Made by a program: the position numbers and the translations under genes. From positions 66,216,001 through 66,280,000 of the forward strand of contig OX597814.1 in assembly GCA_951406725.2 (NCBI GenBank): DNA of 64,000 bases, in the 5' to 3' direction. Source of the DNA: Octopus vulgaris (taxonomy: Eukaryota). The notes below the pieces were generated by a model, which saw nothing but the letters and a program-made list of their open reading frames with translations, made no database searches and was not told the origin of the DNA. Every line of letters starts with the position of its first letter. Positions within the stretch are counted from its first letter, which is position 1. Of the stretch, positions 23,399 through 36,054 are shown piece by piece.

Positions 23399-24596
23399 AG
23401 CAATATCGTTTCCCTCATTGCTATCTTCACTGTTTGAGAAGAGTATTAAGAATAATCTCGTTCGAGATTACAAACATCAAAGGCTAGTTTAACGTTGTTG
23501 TAAACACTAATCCGATGGGTTAACACGTGACGCGATTTGTCTCTACCTATTTTCGCGCCACTGATTGACATGTGACACGAGTGGTCTCTACTACGTTCGC
23601 ACCGCTGGTTGTCACGTGACGCGATTTGCCTCCGCTTATTTTCGCGCCATTTGTTCCAAGCAGCCAATCACAGCTTTTCATTTCTGAAGTTCGTTTGAGC
23701 CACATAAACCTTATATAAAGAAGTGTTCTCAGACACTTTTCGTCTTTGGTTCTAGTTCTTCTCAGAACTGACCTCTGACCACCGAGCTCGTCTTAGGTTA
23801 CAGTCCTTTTCAGGGCGGACCTCTGACCACACAGAGCATACCAACCACATTCCGGTTCGAAAGGCAGGCGATCACCAAGCATAACTATCCACGAAGATTT
23901 AGCTTGTACACAAGATGTTACAGATTCCTCTCATACTGTTAGTGTGAAAATATCACCACGAAAAGAACGGTTACAGGATATCTATAACTAGAGAAAAATA
24001 ACTAAGCAGAATATATAATGAAGACGCAGCAAAAACCAAGCGACAGACACAACTCATCGTCTCTATCTACGAAGATTTAATTTGTACACAAGACAACTAC
24101 AGATTCAACTCTAGCGGTTAGGTGAAAATCTCACCAGGGGAAAAACGGCTACGGTTAATATATCTGGAAGTATATTCATATCAAGAGAAAGATAAACACA
24201 ACAAGTGATTCAATTAATCTCAACTACGAGACGCAACATCTTGATATGGAGCTCTTACACTCCGTGTACCTTGAGTTATAGTTCTTCTAAGAACTACCTT
24301 AAGCCATCTGATACTATCTGTTGCTATGTCAATCACATTCACCTGATTTGCTCTGTCGCACTCACGAACACACGGACACAAAAACATGCTAACACTTACA
24401 AACTTCCAACATCAGCGTGATTGTAAAATATGTGAAATAAATAATGTATATATCTCAAAAAGAAATCTTGTTGTCATTCCACTTGTGTTCTATTGCCGCT
24501 GTATGTATTATATAGTCAGTAATAATTCATTAAGAATGGGATCGCGTGCGATTGTATTCCCTGTACGATACGACCGCATGTGATCCTATTTTTATA
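23399..24596. mobile_element. Unclassified 1.2-kb non-coding insertion in the PLE ORF, 11-bp TSD
   Basis: TSD GTTTTATACCA at 23388-23398 and 24597-24607 (duplicates the WYKT codons of the PLE). Confidence 0.85.
23524..23720 (+). promoter_or_regulatory. Pol II promoter-like module (2x E-box + E2F-like site, CCAAT, TATA)
   Basis: CACGTGAC 23524 and 23613; TTTCGCGCCA 23551 and 23640; CCAAT 23664; TATATAAA 23712; CpG-rich. Confidence 0.55.
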
Positions 24597-27503
24597 GTTT
24601 TATACCACGTGTTCGCTCTGTTTGCTTTGTCACAAGTTCTTCGTATCCTATTCCAGTCTTTGTTGCTACATCTAGGGCAGGTACCACTGGTATTATTACG
24701 TATAATGTTATCTAATTTCTTATTAGCACCCCTGTATACACGAACCCTATATTTCTGATCATATCCAGAGAACTGCATGCGATACATGAAGTTCTTAATA
24801 AGTTTTTTCATTTCATAGGATTCGCATAGTGGGGACACGTTGTTCATTATCCTAACTAAATCTGCTATCAGTATATCAATTTTCAAAGTTCTGTGACAAA
24901 GCTGAGTTCTTGTGCCCAACATATTTTGAAGCTATAGGTTGCATGTAATTGGAGTGGAGGAGCTGCACTCTATTATTCGCAGTCTCTAACCAAAGTTCAG
25001 TAACAAGTACGGGGCGTCTATTGTTGGGGTGCTTAGTGGAGTAATCTATAGTTACCTTGATACTTTGGTGGATGGAGTTAGCTACTTGCTGGATGCTTTC
25101 CTCTCAGTTTCTATTCTACCGTTACTAGAGTTGGTCCTAACTATGATGTTAATGTCATCTACATATCTACTATAGAGTTGTCGACTTTTCTGCTAACATT
25201 TGCTTAAATTTTCTGTCCCACCAGGTCATGAAGAGGCCGACCACATCTCCAGTTACACCGACACCGATGGCTGCACCTTGAACTTGCATGTATAGTTTTT
25301 TCTTATTAAACTTTACTATGTGGTTCTTCAATGTGGTTTTTACACTGGCCCCTATTGCATGTGCAATCATTTCTCTCGCCTGATTGTTGTTCTCAGGGTT
25401 TTGGGTGGGTGCGGTCCAGCCACTCCAGCGCTCTGTGGTGCTTTTTTTCACTGCTGAAGTAATGGTGGGCGACCCGGTGGGGGAGAATCTACTGAGGTCA
25501 TGGTCATCTAAATAGTCATTGTCGTAGTTTAATCTGAGGAGGAAGCCCATTTCCCTCGTATTGACATTACAGAACTCCACTTCACTCTCACAGACTACCT
25601 GAATGCATTTCTTCACAGCAAAATCTATGTCTATAGATGGGTGGAGTGAAATCACATCCATACTACACACTACACAACCTGTGAGGTAGTTGGAGTAGTT
25701 GCAAGTACTGATTTTTCTGAGGAGATCTTCCTTGCTCACACAGACATCTGGAGACACCTCTATGAGAGGTCGTAATACATGTGAGAGGAAGTAGGACAGT
25801 CTATAGTTTCTAGAGATATTCGCTCCGCAAACTGGTATGGTTGTGGGCCCCATGACAGGGTTTATGTAGGGTTTGTGGTCCTTGCGTAACACGTATAGTG
25901 TAGGGACATCATTGTTGGATGCTTGGAAATTGTGTGCCGTCCTTTTCATAGGTTGGAGTATGTTGCACCACATTCCCGTGTGTGGATTGAGGAGTTTTTT
26001 CCACTCTTTCATGTTCCTGTGGTGCAACTTCTCTCGTGCTACTGATGTGTTGTTGCATGGTCTAAACATAGTTCTGTGGGCTGTCTATTGACAGTCTACC
26101 AGACCTGTCCATAGAGAGGCACACTAATTCCCTGTTCCTAATTCGCTGTTTCCGTTTTTGTAGGCCTTTGTCAACAGATGGACTGAGTTGATGGGTCCCC
26201 TCCTCACTATGTTTTAAAAATGATTTGTTGTATCAGTCTAAGATATGTTGGAGTCTATTCTAGCTAAGGAGATCTTTGCTTCTGTTTTACTGTCAATTCG
26301 GGGTGGGATATATACCCTTTTGTTAAAGGGGAAGTCTGTTGGGTAGATCCTTGTCATGTCATAAGATTTGTTGTTAGGGTTGTAGAAGACAGAGTGTAGA
26401 GTGTTATTGTTGTTGTTGTTGGTGGTGGTGGTAGTGCTTGTGTCGTGCCTATTGTTGTTGCTGTTGTGGGTGGTTTTGATGTTGGTGGTGTTGTTGGTAG
26501 TGGTGTAGATGATGAGGTTGGTATGGATGTCCGTGTGTGGGATGTTGTTGTTACTGTTGCAAACATCATCGCTACTGTTGTTGTTGTTGTTGTTGTTACA
26601 ATAGTTGTTTCTGTTTTGTATGCTTGTGTTGTTGTTGTTACAGTTGTCTGAGTAAGGAATGTTGTGGTTGTCATTGTTGTTATTGTCATTGCCACTGTTG
26701 TAGTCATCAACACCAACACCGCTATTGTTATTGTTGTTGTTGTTGCTGTTTTGTTTTCGTATGTTTGTGTTGTATTGTTCTAACCTCCATCTTAATTTTA
26801 AGAACGTTTTTTCAATTTCAGGCAATCAATTTTTCTGACCTTTTTATATGTAGCGAATTTTGGTGGTAACTCTAAAGCATGCATTTCATCTGTATCTAGC
26901 TGTACTGCACCATATATTACAGAGGTGCACTTGTTGTTGTTGTTGATGGTGGCTTGTCTTCTGATGTCCTGGCGTCGAAGTCCTTGGTAGTTTACATTCT
27001 GACATGACAATCCCGTCGATATAGTTTGGGTATTTGTATTGAGTCTTACCATGCTGGGATCATTGTTGTTGCTGTTTCATCCACTTGAGTTTATTGTGGA
27101 AGTGTTTGTTACAGGCATGGTTAACTCGGCGGTATTCTTGTTGGATGTTTGTCATGAATCTGTCTCTTTCGTGTGGAGTAGTGGTGTTTTTTAATTCATG
27201 CAGCAGGACTCCCTTTTGTTCTTGGTTTTGGTTGATTTCTGTGTATATTTTCTTTTTGATGTTTTCTAACGTCGTGTGTTTTAGTTTTCTTGCTTAATGT
27301 TCTGTGAGTCCTAGCCGTTTGACAGTCGAATTGACAGATTTTGTGTATAGCTTGGAGGAAATGCATAAGTGAGAATTTTACCGGTGAGTGTGTTAAATTA
27401 TAAGGCACCAAAATAGAATGACTCACCCCAGACACACTGAATATGCTTCAACACGAACTCACATAAAGAATCTTGCAAACCAAATCCCAAAACGAAATAT
27501 ATA

Positions 27504-27536
<33 letters not shown>

Positions 27537-27546
27537 CGTAAACTCT

Positions 27547-27586
<40 letters not shown>

Positions 27587-27744
27587 GTATATATACATAT
27601 GTATATATATATGTATATATATACATATATATATGTATATATATATGTATATATATATAAATATATACATGCATATATATATATATATATATACATATTT
27701 ATATATATATATATATATATATACATACATACATACATACATAG

Positions 27745-27800
<56 letters not shown>

Positions 27801-27802
27801 TT

Positions 27803-28433
27803 TATATTGTATAGAGGGCATTATTACACATAAATGCCTCACACTAAGAGGGACAAAGTCATTATTACCAAAATTACACTAATCATACCTAAATGCAGTT
27901 CTTCAAAGCAAGACATTTAAAAAATGAATTTAGTTCTGTATCACCGTGATTTCACATTTAACTTACGTCTTATGATCCTCAGCAGAACTGATTCTGAACA
28001 CATCATAAATAAACCACCAACCTTGCCTAGCGAAGACGAACAGACATCTATTCACTCCGGCCAAGCACATGGAATGTTTATAAATCATATATTCGGTAAA
28101 TGGCGGGCTTTTTCGAACTGCATGTCGGGTAAGAAAAGTATTTCGGAATAAGTTTAACAATTAAGGATAACTTCTTAATAAGGAATCTTAACAAGAAATT
28201 ATCAGGTAGTTAGCGTGAAAACCTCATAAAAGAAAAGAATTCGAAAATAATTTTTTTCTTTTGAACAAATTAATTATATCTATATTGTATAGAGGGCATT
28301 ATTACACATAAATGCCTCACACTAAGAGGGACAAAGTCATTACTACCAAAATTACACTAATCATACCTAAATGCAGTTCTTCAAAGCAAGACATTTAAAA
28401 AATGAATTTAGTTCTGTATCACCATGATTTCAC

Positions 28434-28438
<5 letters not shown>
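27803..28438 (-). mobile_element. Retrozyme/pLTR-like non-coding element: 478-bp unit, 1.33 copies, in (TA)n
   Basis: 158-bp direct repeats 27803-27960 and 28281-28438 (2 differences seen); contains an HHR. Confidence 0.85.
27932..27989 (-). ncRNA. Type I hammerhead ribozyme motif, canonical core
   Basis: AGTTCTG-CTGAGGA-T CAT AA GAC GTAA GTT AA ATG T-GAAA-TCAC G GTGA-TA-CAGAACT: 7-bp stem I, AUA triplet. Confidence 0.82.
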
Positions 28439-28486
<48 letters not shown>

Positions 28487-30774
28487 TGAATGAATGAATG
28501 GTTCTGTAATTTGGTATATTATTCAGGAGAGGGATGTAGTCCACTAACATTCACCACTGACTTTTGAAATTGAATTTTCTATTAATTTTGTTTATTTATT
28601 TATTTATTTATCGTAGGGGAACTCGACTTGTTTATTTCATGTCCCTCCATCTACTTTTATAGTTTGCTATAGCATTTAATCACCTTGAAGATGGTGTCAA
28701 GTGCAATGGTAACAAATAGGGCAGTGGCAGGAAAAAATGTCAGAGTACCAGAGAGAGGGGGGAGAGGGAGAGGGGGAGAGAGAGGGGAGAGAGAGGGAGA
28801 GAGAGAGAAAGTGTGTGTGCGTGTGCGTACGTGTGTGTATGTGTGTGTGTGTGTGTATGAAAGAGAGAGACTGAAAGATTATTTCTTTTGGTGGGAAATC
28901 CGTCTGCCAGATCGTAGGGTGAGTTACAATTGAACTTTTGGTTATGTTTTATTATGTGATTTTTTTTTGTACATGTTCCTGATGCTGATAATGATATCAC
29001 AATTATTGAGAGATGAAGATTTAGTTCATTTTTAAAGCTCGACACAAAGACGAAATTAATACATGATTAATCATTATAGCTCATTGGATGGCTCTCATTA
29101 AATTACTGGTACTTTCTTTTGTTAATGTCAGAGTATATAGAAAATTAATGTTAATGCTGGTACGATTTGAAATCAGAAATCTGATATACAGAGAATTAAA
29201 CACTGCAATCCACCTCTACTAAGTCGAAACCTTGTCTATGTTTTGAGGTATAACTGTCTAATTACATACGTGTGTGTGCGCGCGCGTGCGCACTCGTGAG
29301 TGAGTGCAGTTCTTCACGTGTATGCTTGTTTCTTTTTGGGTTTGTCTGTATTTGTACGTGTGTGTGTGTGCGCGTGTCTGTGTAGCAGTAAACAGTGTTA
29401 TGTTTGGACTAATCCCAGTGTTGTCACACTGCCTATCGATATTAGTATATATCTCAAGGCTGCAAAACTTTTTTCCACTGTAACCGATTTGGTTTTGTCT
29501 GTGTGTTTCTCTTTCTTTCTGTCTTTTATTTTCCTTCCCTTTGGTACCTTATGGAGGTAGGAACTTTGTCAAAAAAATGTTGGCTTCGTTACTATAAAAT
29601 ACTTTCTGCTGTTATTTCTAAAAGCAGAGTTAGTGTTGGAGCAGTTGCAGTGACTTTGAAAAGGTCGATAAGTATGTGGGTGGCGGCGAAGTCAATGGTG
29701 GTGGGTAAATGTGGTGGGTGAAGTCGATGAATAATACTGTACCAAAGCATTCAAGTTCGTCTCCTTCGCTCAGTTTCAGACGTACGAATGTCAAGTAAGA
29801 AGTGATGATGGCACAGTAGATAAGAAGCATGTCACCTGTTAACAACCAGTAAGGAAAAAGGATGCAAACATCAACACCTCAAACATGCACTAGTGACATG
29901 ATCATGTTAAAACATCCATCACAGACTTCCGTTCGAAAAACTGTACTCACTGCCTTTACTGCACCAAGCTTTTGTTCAACTAGATTCTTTCGTTTCCCTT
30001 CCTTTTTACCTCTTCTCCTTTTCCCTACATATCACCTCCCACTCAATCAGCCCCCTTCTTTACTCTATATTTATATTATTTTATAATGTTTTTCTTTCCA
30101 AATTCAGAATATAAACTCTATTAATTCAAAGTCAGTAGTATTCGTCTTACCATTTTTCACACACACACAAACTTTAGACAGAAACTGTTTCTATCAAATT
30201 TTTCAATGTTTACCTTAGATATTTCCTTAAAAGTATCGCTTTTCCACAACATTATTACACTCATCCGTGACTCTCATTATTGCAAATAAAACCCGCACTG
30301 TGTTTGGTAGCTTTGTGTGTGTATATCATATCGCATCATTCACCTCCAGAATATAAAACTACTAATATCCTGAGCCAGTAAGGTAACATTTTTATGTCAA
30401 CCTGTAAGAAATGGCAGCCAAATTCCCCATTTAAATCACATCCTTCTATCCTGAAAAAAAAAATGAGAGAAAAACGTTTTGAACAATGTAATACTGAATA
30501 TACAGAAAGAGGAGACGGTCATGGCCTGTATGCCTTTGACCAAATTCCATATGATTTTTGGTTGTCCTGAAGATAAACAGCAGTAGTAACGACAACACGC
30601 AAAATCCTAGTATCAAAAATAGAGTAACTTTAATTTCCCTGTTTCTCCAATTCATGTAAGTTTTCTTTAACATTTAATCTGCTGCTATTCCATTAAAGAC
30701 ATCATAAACATTGTGGTGTTAAGAGTGATACCGCTTTAGCTCAGCTTTCAAACAAAGACACAAAAACGCACGCG

Positions 30775-30813
<39 letters not shown>

Positions 30814-31609
30814 GTATATACAACGGGCTTTTTTTTTAGCTAAATCCAGTCACAAGGCTTTGGTCAGCTCGGGGCTCTAGTATGGATTTGTAAAGAAGTC
30901 GTTATGTTAAACACTTTTCTTATGTATTATTAGAAGCCTAAGCGAAATAAAATAAATTTAAATGGCACGTGAACTCGGCCAACTTCAAGACTACAGTTTT
31001 TTTAGGCTAGGCACACAGGGCCTACATTTTACAGGGGAACAGATATTTTTTAATTGTGACTTAAATGCAATGGTTTGGCTTCAATCAGGAATTTCATTCG
31101 TGACTATTTCTACACTTGCTGAAAGCTAAATTTGCTGTACGCAACTCAACTCTGAATGTTAGTTATTACTATGTTTGTAATGAGGTTACACATCTAGAGT
31201 GGATGGAGGATGAGATTATGTGATATTCACACTTTACTCGAAAACATGACTTAAATATGAAGAAAGATGGTCTTTATTAGATATTCGAAGATATTCATAA
31301 ATATATCTTTATGTAGTGATGTGCATGTTTATGAGTGAGTGAGTGAGTGAGTGAGTGAGAGAGAGAGAAAGAGAGACACAGAGAGAGCCTGACAAGATGG
31401 CTTGTCTGTTACAGGGTTACATAACATATAACGCATGCCAAAATCTGAAGAAGAAGCGAATATTACGGTGCAGCCTGTAACCATGAAGAAGCGTAGGGTA
31501 CACAGATAATGTTCAGCGACTTACAATGTAACCGCAGCCGACGAGGCAACAAACAATTATTTAATGAAGGGAAATTGTTTTTTAATGGCTATAGACAGCT
31601 TATGACTGT

Positions 31610-32281
31610 GATAATATTTTTGTTAGAGCAGAAGTTTAATCTAATGTTTACTTCGCAATCATGAGGTTCTGGGTTTGAGCTCACCTTGGGAAAGTGAATT
31701 TTAATCTTGTTTCAGACTAACCCAAGTCTTGTAAATGAAACTGGATAAATAGTTGCTGTGAAAGTAGGTCGGATGGTCTATTTCAGTAATTTAAAGGTTA
31801 ACCTTGTCTCAATATTTTGTTGATAATGTGGAATACACAGCCACTTTAGTTATAACCAACACCAGTTGTCAAGCAGTGGTGTGAGACAAATACACAAAAA
31901 AGCGCGCGCACCACACACACACACACATATCACTTTCACCCTCCGCAAAAAATCCCAAGTTTTATTTAATTTGCTTTGCGGGAAGGACTGTTTCAACGAA
32001 GTCGCATCTTGTTCTCACCTTTACAACGCGGAGTAGACGGAATAGGGACAAGTGAAGAAGGGGAATATTCTTTATGTTGTATGTCTCGTTTCCCTGTTTG
32101 TTTGTTTTTTTTCGTTGTTCGAAAAAAGTTCGTTTCTATGTTTTTGTTTTTATGTTTTCGTTTCTCATTGTGTTCAACGTTTTTTTTTTTTGTTGATGTT
32201 CTGTACCCATATATGCATGTATATATACATATATATGTAGGTATGTACATATATGTATGTATATATGCATATATTTATATA

Positions 32282-32330
<49 letters not shown>

Positions 32331-32476
32331 ACGGGCTTTTTTAACCAAAGCCAGTCACAAGGCTTTGGTCAGCTCGGGGATATAGTAGAAGACAGTTGCC
32401 CAAGATACCACGCAGTGGGACTGAACTCGGAACCATGTGGTTTGGAAGCAAACTTCTTACCACACAGCCATGCCTG
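31610..32476. mobile_element. Cluster of SINE pieces with nested repeat
   Basis: Degenerate + SINE ~31610-31780; minus SINE middle 31855-31920 and head 32328-32476 split by the 31935-32300 repeat. Confidence 0.65.
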
Positions 32477-33084
32477 CAGTAAGTCTGAAATATATTTAAT
32501 TATACGTTTTTTCGATCACGATTTGGTGTCGTTTAAAAACAATAAGAACATGGATGGCTTGGTTATTGAGGATTAGCAAAAGAGGATTTTGTAAATCTGG
32601 CAGCAAAACATTCTAAGTATGTTTGGCAGACAAATAACTGATCTATAGAATTTTTCAGACTGGCTCTCACAATTAAACAAGTATTTGTCAAAGAAACGGC
32701 CAACATAATGAGTGGGTGGCATTAAAAAAAATAATAACGCAAATAAATAATAACGCAAAAAAATATAGATAAAGTTTAAACAGAAATAATGCTTGGAACT
32801 ATTCAGAACAAATTTTGAGGAATCTGGTGAGGACAATGCAAGTAGTGATGGTGATGATGGGGCTAGATTTAGTGGTGTTGGTGGAGGTGGTGGACAAATT
32901 TTATGTGGAGAAGAACAGAAAGGAAAATAAAAAGGCAACAATGAATGAAGGAGCAATGAATGAGAAGAATGATGGAAATAGTAAAGAGAGAAGAGGAGCA
33001 CAAAGAAGAGATGGGGGAGTGGATTATGAAACTGCTGACGATGAAGAAGAGTGGGGGGGAGGATGCGGGAGGATCAGGATGCGG

Positions 33085-33142
33085 GAGGAAGAGGAGAGGA
33101 GGAGGACGAGAAGAAGGAAGAGGAGAAGGAGGAGGAAGAAGA

Positions 33143-33181
<39 letters not shown>

Positions 33182-33583
33182 AGTGGAAGAAGAAGAAGAA
33201 GAAGAAAAGAGGAAGAAGAAGTGGAAGAAGAAGAGGAGGAATAAGAAGTGGAAGAAGAAGAGGAGGAAGAAGAAGTGGAAGAAGAAGAGGAGGAGGAAGA
33301 AGAAGTGGAAGAAGAAGAGGAGGAGGAAGAAGAAGTGGAAGAAGAAGAGGAGGAAGAAGAAGTGGAAGAAGAAGAAGAAGAGGAGGAAGAAGAAGTGAAA
33401 GAAGAAGAAGAAGAAGAAGAAGAAGAAGAGGAGGAAGAAGAAGTGGAAGAAGAAGAAGAAGAAGAAGAAGAAGAGGAGGAAGAAGAAGTGGAAGAAGAAG
33501 AAGAGGAAGAAGAAGTGAAAGAAGAAGTGGAAGAAGAAGTGGAAGAAGAAATGGAAGAAGAAGTGGAAGAAGAAGAAGAAGAA

Positions 33584-33639
<56 letters not shown>

Positions 33640-33765
33640 AGAAGAAAAGGAAGAAGAAGAGGAAGAAGAAGAGGAAGAAGAAGAGGAAGAAGAAGAAGAG
33701 GAAGAAGAAGAAGAGGAGGAGGAGGAGGGGAGCAGAAGGAGGAAGAGGAGGAAGAAGAGGACCAA
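33085..33765. repeat. ~680-bp polypurine (GAA/GGA) tract with 27-30-bp higher-order units
   Basis: Almost pure purine; GAAGAAGAAGTGGAAGAAGAAGAGGAG units. Confidence 0.97.
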
Positions 33766-34229
33766 GAAAATGTTCCGTATCATGAGATCTAGACCCTTTC
33801 ATAACAATACAGCAACTCCACCTCCTAATCCACATCGACTAGAGGTCGTTCAGTAAGTAATACCAGGGCGCCTGCTTCCAGCATGACCCCAAGCCACATG
33901 CATTTACACTGCCTATCAGTAGAAAATCCAAGAGAAGGAAGGTGAGAAAGAACCATTTATCTTATTGCTATAAAGGGGCAAGTGTTTCATCATTCCGCTG
34001 ACTGTGTTTGTTTCAACATGCAGTTCTTTCAATAGTTTATTTTTTTTTACTAATGTTCCGTCTCAAGTCTTATTCTATTAATTTTGTTTTGTTTTTCTTT
34101 TTATGGCGTCGTATATACTTTGAATGGTTTGGGTGATTTCTATGAGTGTTGGTCTGATATTTGTTGGCTTGATGAAATTATTCACAGTTATGTCTGTGTG
34201 ATGTATATCATTCCTTAACTCTATGTTAG

Positions 34230-34640
34230 AAGATTTTATGGGATTTCCCCATAAAAGACTAACCATACTATTGAAGCAAGAAGACCAGGCATGATGGTAG
34301 AGTACTAAAACAATACAGTACAAGGTCATACACTTTGTAATATCATATGATAACTAAGCGGATACCATAGAAATTGAGAAAGCTGAGTAATATAAAACCT
34401 TAATCTGACGACTAAAATGACGATTACTCTTGTCCTAATTAGTGTACTTGGCACTACACTGAAGAAGTTGAAGGATACTGGAATTGAAACCAGAATTATC
34501 GACCTGCAGTAAAACACAATCCATTATCCTGCAAAAATCCTTAGAAAGATTCTTGAGGTTTGAGAAAACTTTTATTTCTAAACCTGGAGACAACATCCCT
34601 GCTCACTAACACTACGTGTAATAGTTTTAATAAAACTAAG
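34230..34640 (+). mobile_element. R4/Dong-type LINE 3' fragment (REL endonuclease end)
   Basis: LWDFPI..TIEARRPGMM; EIEKAE*YKTL; LISVLGT..TGIETRIIDLQ..AKILRKILEV*. Confidence 0.7.
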
Positions 34641-34649
34641 AAGAATAAT

Positions 34650-34850
34650 TCATTCTAATTTTGGCACAAGGCCAAAATTTTAAAAGGAAAGGCAAGTCGA
34701 TTACAAGTTCTTGAATAATACTTATTTTATCGACTTCGAAAGCATGAAAGGCAAAGTTACCTTCGGCAGGATTTGAACTCAGAATGTAACGATGCGTAAC
34801 TGCATACTGCAAAGAATTTATCTGATACCCTAGCGAGTCTACCAACGGAA
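34650..34850 (-). mobile_element. SINE
   Basis: Same family as 45640-45850; tail AATTTTGGC-CTTGT-GCCAAAATT. Confidence 0.8.
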
Positions 34851-34954
34851 AGAAGAAGTAGAAGAAGAAGAAGAAGAAGAAGAAGAAGAAGAAGAAGAAG
34901 AAGAAGAAGAAGAAGAAGAAGAAGAAGAAGAAGAAGAAGAAGAAGAAGAAGAAG

Positions 34955-34985
<31 letters not shown>

Positions 34986-35204
34986 CATTTATGATAGGCC
35001 AATAGAAACCAAAGCCAGACAAGGAGGGATGGAAATAGCGTTGCAAATGATTGTTAGATTGTTAGATATTTGAGGAATGGTGAAAGTGTTCAGCGTAAAA
35101 CTATTTTGTCCGTAATGCCCTCAGCTTAAAATAAACAATATCACTAAAACCTTAACAATAACTACAATAACAACTTAGTCGCTGCAGTAACAGCAGCAGC
35201 AGCG

Positions 35205-35282
<78 letters not shown>
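34850..35282. repeat. (GAA)n 34850-34984 and (TAG)n 35204-35282
   Basis: Direct inspection. Confidence 0.97.
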
Positions 35283-36054
35283 CTTGTGGTGGTCGTGGTG
35301 GTCGTGATGGTGGCGACGGTAGCGGTGGTTGTGATGGTGGGGGTGGAAACGATGGGGTGGCGTGGTGGGGTGGAGGGGATGGTAGAAGTGGGTGTGGGGT
35401 GTTGGTGACTGGGGCAACGATGGTGGAGGTAGTGGTGGTGCCATGTCAAAAACCAAAAATGAAACCAATAGCAACCAAACCCACCCCGCCTCCCCATCTA
35501 CACCACACCCAAAATATCATCAAACTTATTTACATCATCTTCATCCTCAACCACTTAAATGTTGCATGACCATCACTACGATCAAGAACAACAACAGCAA
35601 CAAAGAAATGATACGAACGAAAATGATAAGCAGCGAAAACGACTACAACAGAATATGCTGAAATCAAAAGAAATGTGAAAAACGGTTCATAATCCACAAA
35701 ATTTTCATCATCGTCGTCGTCGTCATCATTATTATCGCCACCATCATCACCGTCATCACCGTCATCATAATCATCATCATAATCATCATCATCATCACAA
35801 TACTATTCATTGTGAATATGGCAACACAAGAACCAAAGAAAAAACATAGCAATGATTATTGATGATAATGACGACGACGACAACGACGACGATGATGACG
35901 GTGGTGGTTGTGGTGGTGGGGATGGTGGCGGCAGTGAGGAGGCGGCGGAGGAGGAGGATTACCATCTCAGACATCATAATAGCCTACATCTTTACCATCA
36001 CTATCAACAAGAACTGAGCAGCAATAGCGGGCGGCAACAACCGTGAACAAATGA

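Larger units (their letters stand above)
22800..27490 (-). mobile_element. Decayed Penelope-like element (RT + C-terminal GIY-YIG endonuclease)
   Basis: LELPPKFAT; LYVLRKDHK..PVCGA; SMDVISLHPSID; YMQVQGAAIG; RYVDD; MQFSGY; RNVVDSIRC..YIGETSRSIAERPNEH. Confidence 0.9.

Noticed and set aside
29729-29800. Putative first exon MNNTVPKHSSSSPSLSFRRTNV with AA/GTAAGA donor
   Set aside because: Short, no homology recognised, no downstream exon identifiable.
32815-33856. Long Arg-, Glu-, Ser- and Phe-rich ORFs (up to 325 aa), protamine-like or acidic
   Set aside because: Open in most frames only because the GAA/GGA repeat lacks stops; no domain signal.
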